A stretch of DNA of 64,000 nt from Macrostomum hystrix (lineage: Eukaryota > Animalia > Platyhelminthes): NCBI GenBank assembly GCA_950097015.1, contig CATNEN010000002.1, forward strand, positions 2,976,001 through 3,040,000, written 5' to 3'. Positions 60,545 to 64,000 of the stretch are shown piece by piece (position 1 is the stretch's first letter; every line of letters begins with the position of its first letter). The notes under the pieces were generated by a model, which saw only the letters and a program-made list of their open reading frames with translations, was not told where the DNA came from and ran no database searches. Both the position numbers and the translations under genes were made by a program.

Positions 60545-60739
60545 AACCCACTCTTTATTCTCTCCCCACCCCATTCTCTCTCCACTCTTTATTCTCTCCC
60601 CACTCTCCATTTTCTCCCCACTCTTTATTCTCTCCCCACTCTCCATTTTCTCCCCACTCTTTATTCTCTCCCCACTCTCCATTTTCTCCCCACTCTTTAT
60701 TCTCTCCCCACTCTCCATTTTCTCCCCACTCTTTATTCT
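60545..60739. repeat. 18-bp/36-bp higher-order repeat CTCTCCATTTTCTCCCCA-CTCTTTATTCTCTCCCCA
   Basis: Two alternating 18-mers; ends at the Gypsy LTR. Confidence 0.92.
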
Positions 60740-60968
60740 TGTAGGAACTGAGAAATGCGACTGTTTGTAGTCGATAGCCGAAATGTCACAAGAGCGATTT
60801 CAATGCGATTCAGTATATTTTATAACAGCCGAGTTGAGCTGGGGTGGCGGCTAAAGCTGCACCCCGTAAATCAGTTAACGTGCGTGCCAAGGGGGTAGAA
60901 AGGTGGCAGAGAGAAAGACGCAGAACGCCGCCAACCCCACGCACGCGTGACGGCTGGCGCCGCCTACA
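60740..60968 (-). repeat. Gypsy 3' LTR (229 bp)
   Basis: TGTAGG...CCTACA termini; preceded on - by PPT GGGGGGGAGAAG (60969-60980). Confidence 0.88.
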
Positions 60969-61078
60969 CTTCTCCCCCCCAAAGGAATAAAACGAAATTG
61001 AAAAAACTAAACATTGAACATGAGATTAACAGTTCAGATGATAGAAACTTAATGGATCTTTAGAGCGCAATTCCTTAG

Positions 61079-64000
61079 TTACTTGTACCGCTTACGCTTG
61101 TCACGGGCAGCTCTAGGATGGCGTCTCAGTGCCACGGCATCATTTTCCTGACCAGTATCCTGGCCGACAGGCGGAGGCGGGCCGGCAGGCGAAGGCGGGC
61201 CGGCAGGCGGGCCGGCAGGCGGGCCGGCAGGCGGGCCGGCAGGCGGGCTGGCAGGCGGGCCGGCAGGCGGGCCGGCAGGCGGGCCGGCAGGTGGAAACAT
61301 TGGTCGGAGCTGAGTCACGTGTCACATGCAGGACTGTTGGCCTCGTCGTAGGATGCAGGTGTCGCCTCGAACCTCTTCTACCGTCCACGGCTGGGTCTCG
61401 AATGGCAGCTGAGTTTTGATGCGTGCCTGCTGCTTTCGGAGAACCATTGTGCCGGGAACTACTCTGTGCTCCTTGGCGGTGTTGCGCTTGTCAAAGGCTC
61501 GCTTCATTTCGCGCGTGTACTGCCGACTCCAGTCCCTCACGGCTTGATGGTCGAATCCAGTCACAGTTGGCTGCCGACTAGCCGGGATTCCGTCGTTGAT
61601 CGCCCTGCCCATGAGTAGCTCGGCCGGGGTGCGTCCTGTGGCTCTGTGTGGCGTGGTGCGGAATGCCAGTAGCCAGTCGTCTAGAGCCTCTCTCCAGTTC
61701 CGGCCCTCAGCAATCGCCGTCTTGATCACCTTGCCAATGCTGCGGTTGACACGTTCGGTGGCTCCGTTGGACTCCGGGTGCAGTGGACAGATAAGCCGGT
61801 GATGAACTCCATATGCGGTGAGGAAGTTACGAAATTCAGCGGAGTTGAAGGGCGGTCCGTTGTCGGTAATGACCTCCGCGGGGATTCCGTGGCGACTGAA
61901 GAGCCGTCTCAGGTGCGGTGTCACGCTGCCGGCCGTGGTTGACTGCATTACGTCGACTTCTAGGTACTTGGAGTACAAGTCGGTGGTGACGAGCAGCATG
62001 TGACCTTGCACCGGACCGTAGAAGTCCATGCCGAGCAGCTGCCAAGGCCCGTCGGGCATTTCCGTCGGCTTTAGAGGCGTCTGGTGCACGTGCGTTGCTG
62101 CTGCCTGACAGTAGATGCAGCACTTGACAAAGACTTCGCAGTCGCTGTACATTTTTGGCCACCAGACCTTGGTTTGCAGGCGCTTTAGAGTCCTGTCCGC
62201 CCCGAGGTGTCCGGTGTGAGCCAGCTGCAGGATCGGCCTCCGCAGTGCCTCGGGGATGACGATGAGATCTCCACGAAGCAGGACGCCGTCGTTCTCGGTT
62301 AGTTCGCTGCTGATGGACTTGAATGAGCGTTGCACCGGGCTGAGAGTGTTCCAGTTGCCGGTTCTGATCGCGCCGAGTGCGGCCTGCATTTCCGCATCAG
62401 TTCTTGCAGCCTCTCTGATCTGTTGGATTGTGAAGCCCTTTGGCACGGCACCAGTTGACACAGCGTTGACGTGGGCTTCATCGAGGACCTCGCCGATGTT
62501 TGGCCTCGACTCTGGCAGCGGCTGGCGGCTGAGCAGATCGGCTGGATTTGCTGGTCCCGGCCTGTACAACAGAGTAAAGCGGAGGTGCTGGATGCGGAGG
62601 GCCATTCGCTCGATCCGCGGCGGCGGGCGGGACCCCGGCTTGAACAGTGGAACTAGGGGCCGGTGGTCCGTCACAACGGTGAAGTTCGGGTCGCCTGCCA
62701 GGTAATGTTCGAATTTCAGGCAGGCGAACTTGATGGCCAGCGCCTCCCGCTCGATCTGCGCATACCGCTGCTCCACCGGCGACAGAGCTCTGCTGGCATA
62801 GGCCACGGGACGGCTGCTGCCGTCTGGCTGCTTCTGGGTGAGAATGGCGCCGAGTCCGATCGGAGATGCGTCCACCAGGAGCTCCGTGTGCCGCTTGCGA
62901 TCGAAGAATGCTAGCGTGTCGGCGTTGGCAATCGCACTTTTGATGCTGTTGAATGCCTTGGTGTGGCTGGCGGTCCAATCCCACGGCTGGCCCTTTTTAG
63001 TCAGTTGGCGCAGCGGGGCTGACACGTCAGCGTATCCAGAAATGAACTTCGCCAGAAAGTTTGCTGTGCCAAGGAATGACCGTATTTCTGAGACATTGGC
63101 GGGCTGCCGGAAGTCCTGCATTGCTTGGATCTTCTCGGCAGCTGGTTGGATGCCCTTGGCTGACAGATGCATTCCGAGGAAGTCGACTGCTGGCTTGGCG
63201 AACTTGCACTTGTCTTTGTTCAACGTGATGCCAAACTCGCGGAGGCGTTGAAGACATACATTCAGTCTTTCATGATGTTGTTTGATATCTGCGGCGTACA
63301 CGATGACATCGTCGTGGACCCACCTGACGCCGTCGATGCCGCTGAGGATGCCTAGCATAACCCGTTGAAGGATTTCTGAGGCGTTGGTAAATCCCATGCT
63401 CAGCGGCTTCAGTCGCATCAGTCCGAGCGGCGTGCTGAATGTGAACAGATATCGGCTGTCTTCGTGCACGGGGATCTGATAGAAAGCTTTCCGGATGTCA
63501 AGCTCGCTGAAAAGCTTGGCTCCAGACATCTCCTCGGTGACTTCGTCCAGTGTCGGGATCTGCTGCTTTTCCGGAACAACGAAGGCGTTCAGGTCGCGAA
63601 GGTCTTGGCAGAGCCTGACGCCGCCGTCCGCCTTGGGCACTACGACCATGCGTGCCACCCAGGCGCTGGGTCCCTTGACTGCTTCGATGATATCCTGTCG
63701 CTCCAATTCCTTCAGCTCGTCCACCACGGTTGCTCTTAGATGCGCCGCTACCCGGGAAGGCGCGTGGCAGACTGGAACGGCGTCGCCTGACAGCTGCACT
63801 TTCACCTGGACGCCCTTGATGCATCCGATGCCTTCGAAGACTTCTCTGTGACGGTGCAGGATGTCTTGCAGCTGCGGTGACAGGCTCGCTGTGCTGTTTG
63901 AGTGCACGGCTTCCGTCCCGCTCGAATCGGGGCGCTGGATTTTGAGCACTCCGAGTCTGAATGCGGGCTCGCGACCGAGAATCGTCAGGCCGTCACCATC
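61079..64000 (-). CDS. Gypsy pol (protease end, RT, RNase H, integrase) with one in-frame TGA at 61322-61324
   Basis: Open to window edge (ILGREPAFRLG). RT LDIRKAFYQI, VHDDVIVY; RH DAS..GLGA, YAQIEREAL, TDHRPL; INT HTGH..CIYC, MDFYGP, TDNGPPF, GATERVN. Tail has (PPAG)n from a 12-bp repeat. Confidence 0.95.

Larger units (their letters stand above)
50485..60739 (+). mobile_element. Large CMC/CACTA-EnSpm-type DNA transposon (right end not seen in window)
   Basis: Left end CCCGTCAAAAAA with dense CCCGGA/TCCGGG subterminal repeats to about 51020; transposase and BEN-type ORFs follow on +. Confidence 0.75.
60740..64000 (-). mobile_element. Gypsy/Metaviridae LTR retrotransposon (Mag-like), 5' part outside window
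   Basis: pol order (PR)-RT-RH-INT, PPT and 3' LTR. Confidence 0.93.

Noticed and set aside
18212-60739. Regular 20-40-bp repeat arrays as CRISPR arrays
   Set aside because: Units are head-to-tail with no unique spacers, there are no cas genes, and the context is spliced eukaryotic genes.
61596-63851. Plus-strand ORFs overlapping Gypsy pol, and similar shadow ORFs over PES1, GADD45GIP1 and PARP2
   Set aside because: Antisense or alternate-frame shadows expected from GC-rich codon usage.

Overview
This is eukaryotic (animal, probably invertebrate) genomic DNA, not prokaryotic: there are spliced genes with GT-AG introns and no rRNA or CRISPR. GC-rich exons and minisatellite-packed introns resemble a flatworm such as Macrostomum, but that is inference only. 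Recognisable host genes are PARP2 with two N-terminal WWE domains (+, 6 exons), GADD45GIP1/CRIF1 (+), PES1 (-, 3 exons) and the last two exons of POLD1 (-). Unnamed host genes are a membrane-anchored EGF-ligand-like gene, a small secreted-protein gene with an RFX X-box, and a 4-exon orphan gene broken by an 11-nt footprint. Mobile DNA is abundant. (1) An 8.4-kb LTR element has near-identical LTRs over 1.89 kb long, a tRNA-Glu PBS, only a frameshifted integrase, and a small antisense membrane-protein ORF inside each LTR. (2) A decayed CACTA/EnSpm transposase. (3) A compact virus/Polinton-like gene pair: a DEDD-like ORF plus a divergent intronless TBP-like gene. (4) A 1.5-kb non-coding TRIM-like LTR element. 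(5) A D,D34D mariner pseudogene. (6) A nested stack in a POLD1 intron: a CACTA element (transposase plus BEN-domain gene) containing a Crypton tyrosine-recombinase element, a tRNA-SINE with a 12-bp TSD, and a Gypsy retrotransposon. About 25 unrelated tandem arrays explain most long ORFs in the supplied track. All coordinates, splice models and domain calls were made by eye without database searches; array boundaries are approximate.
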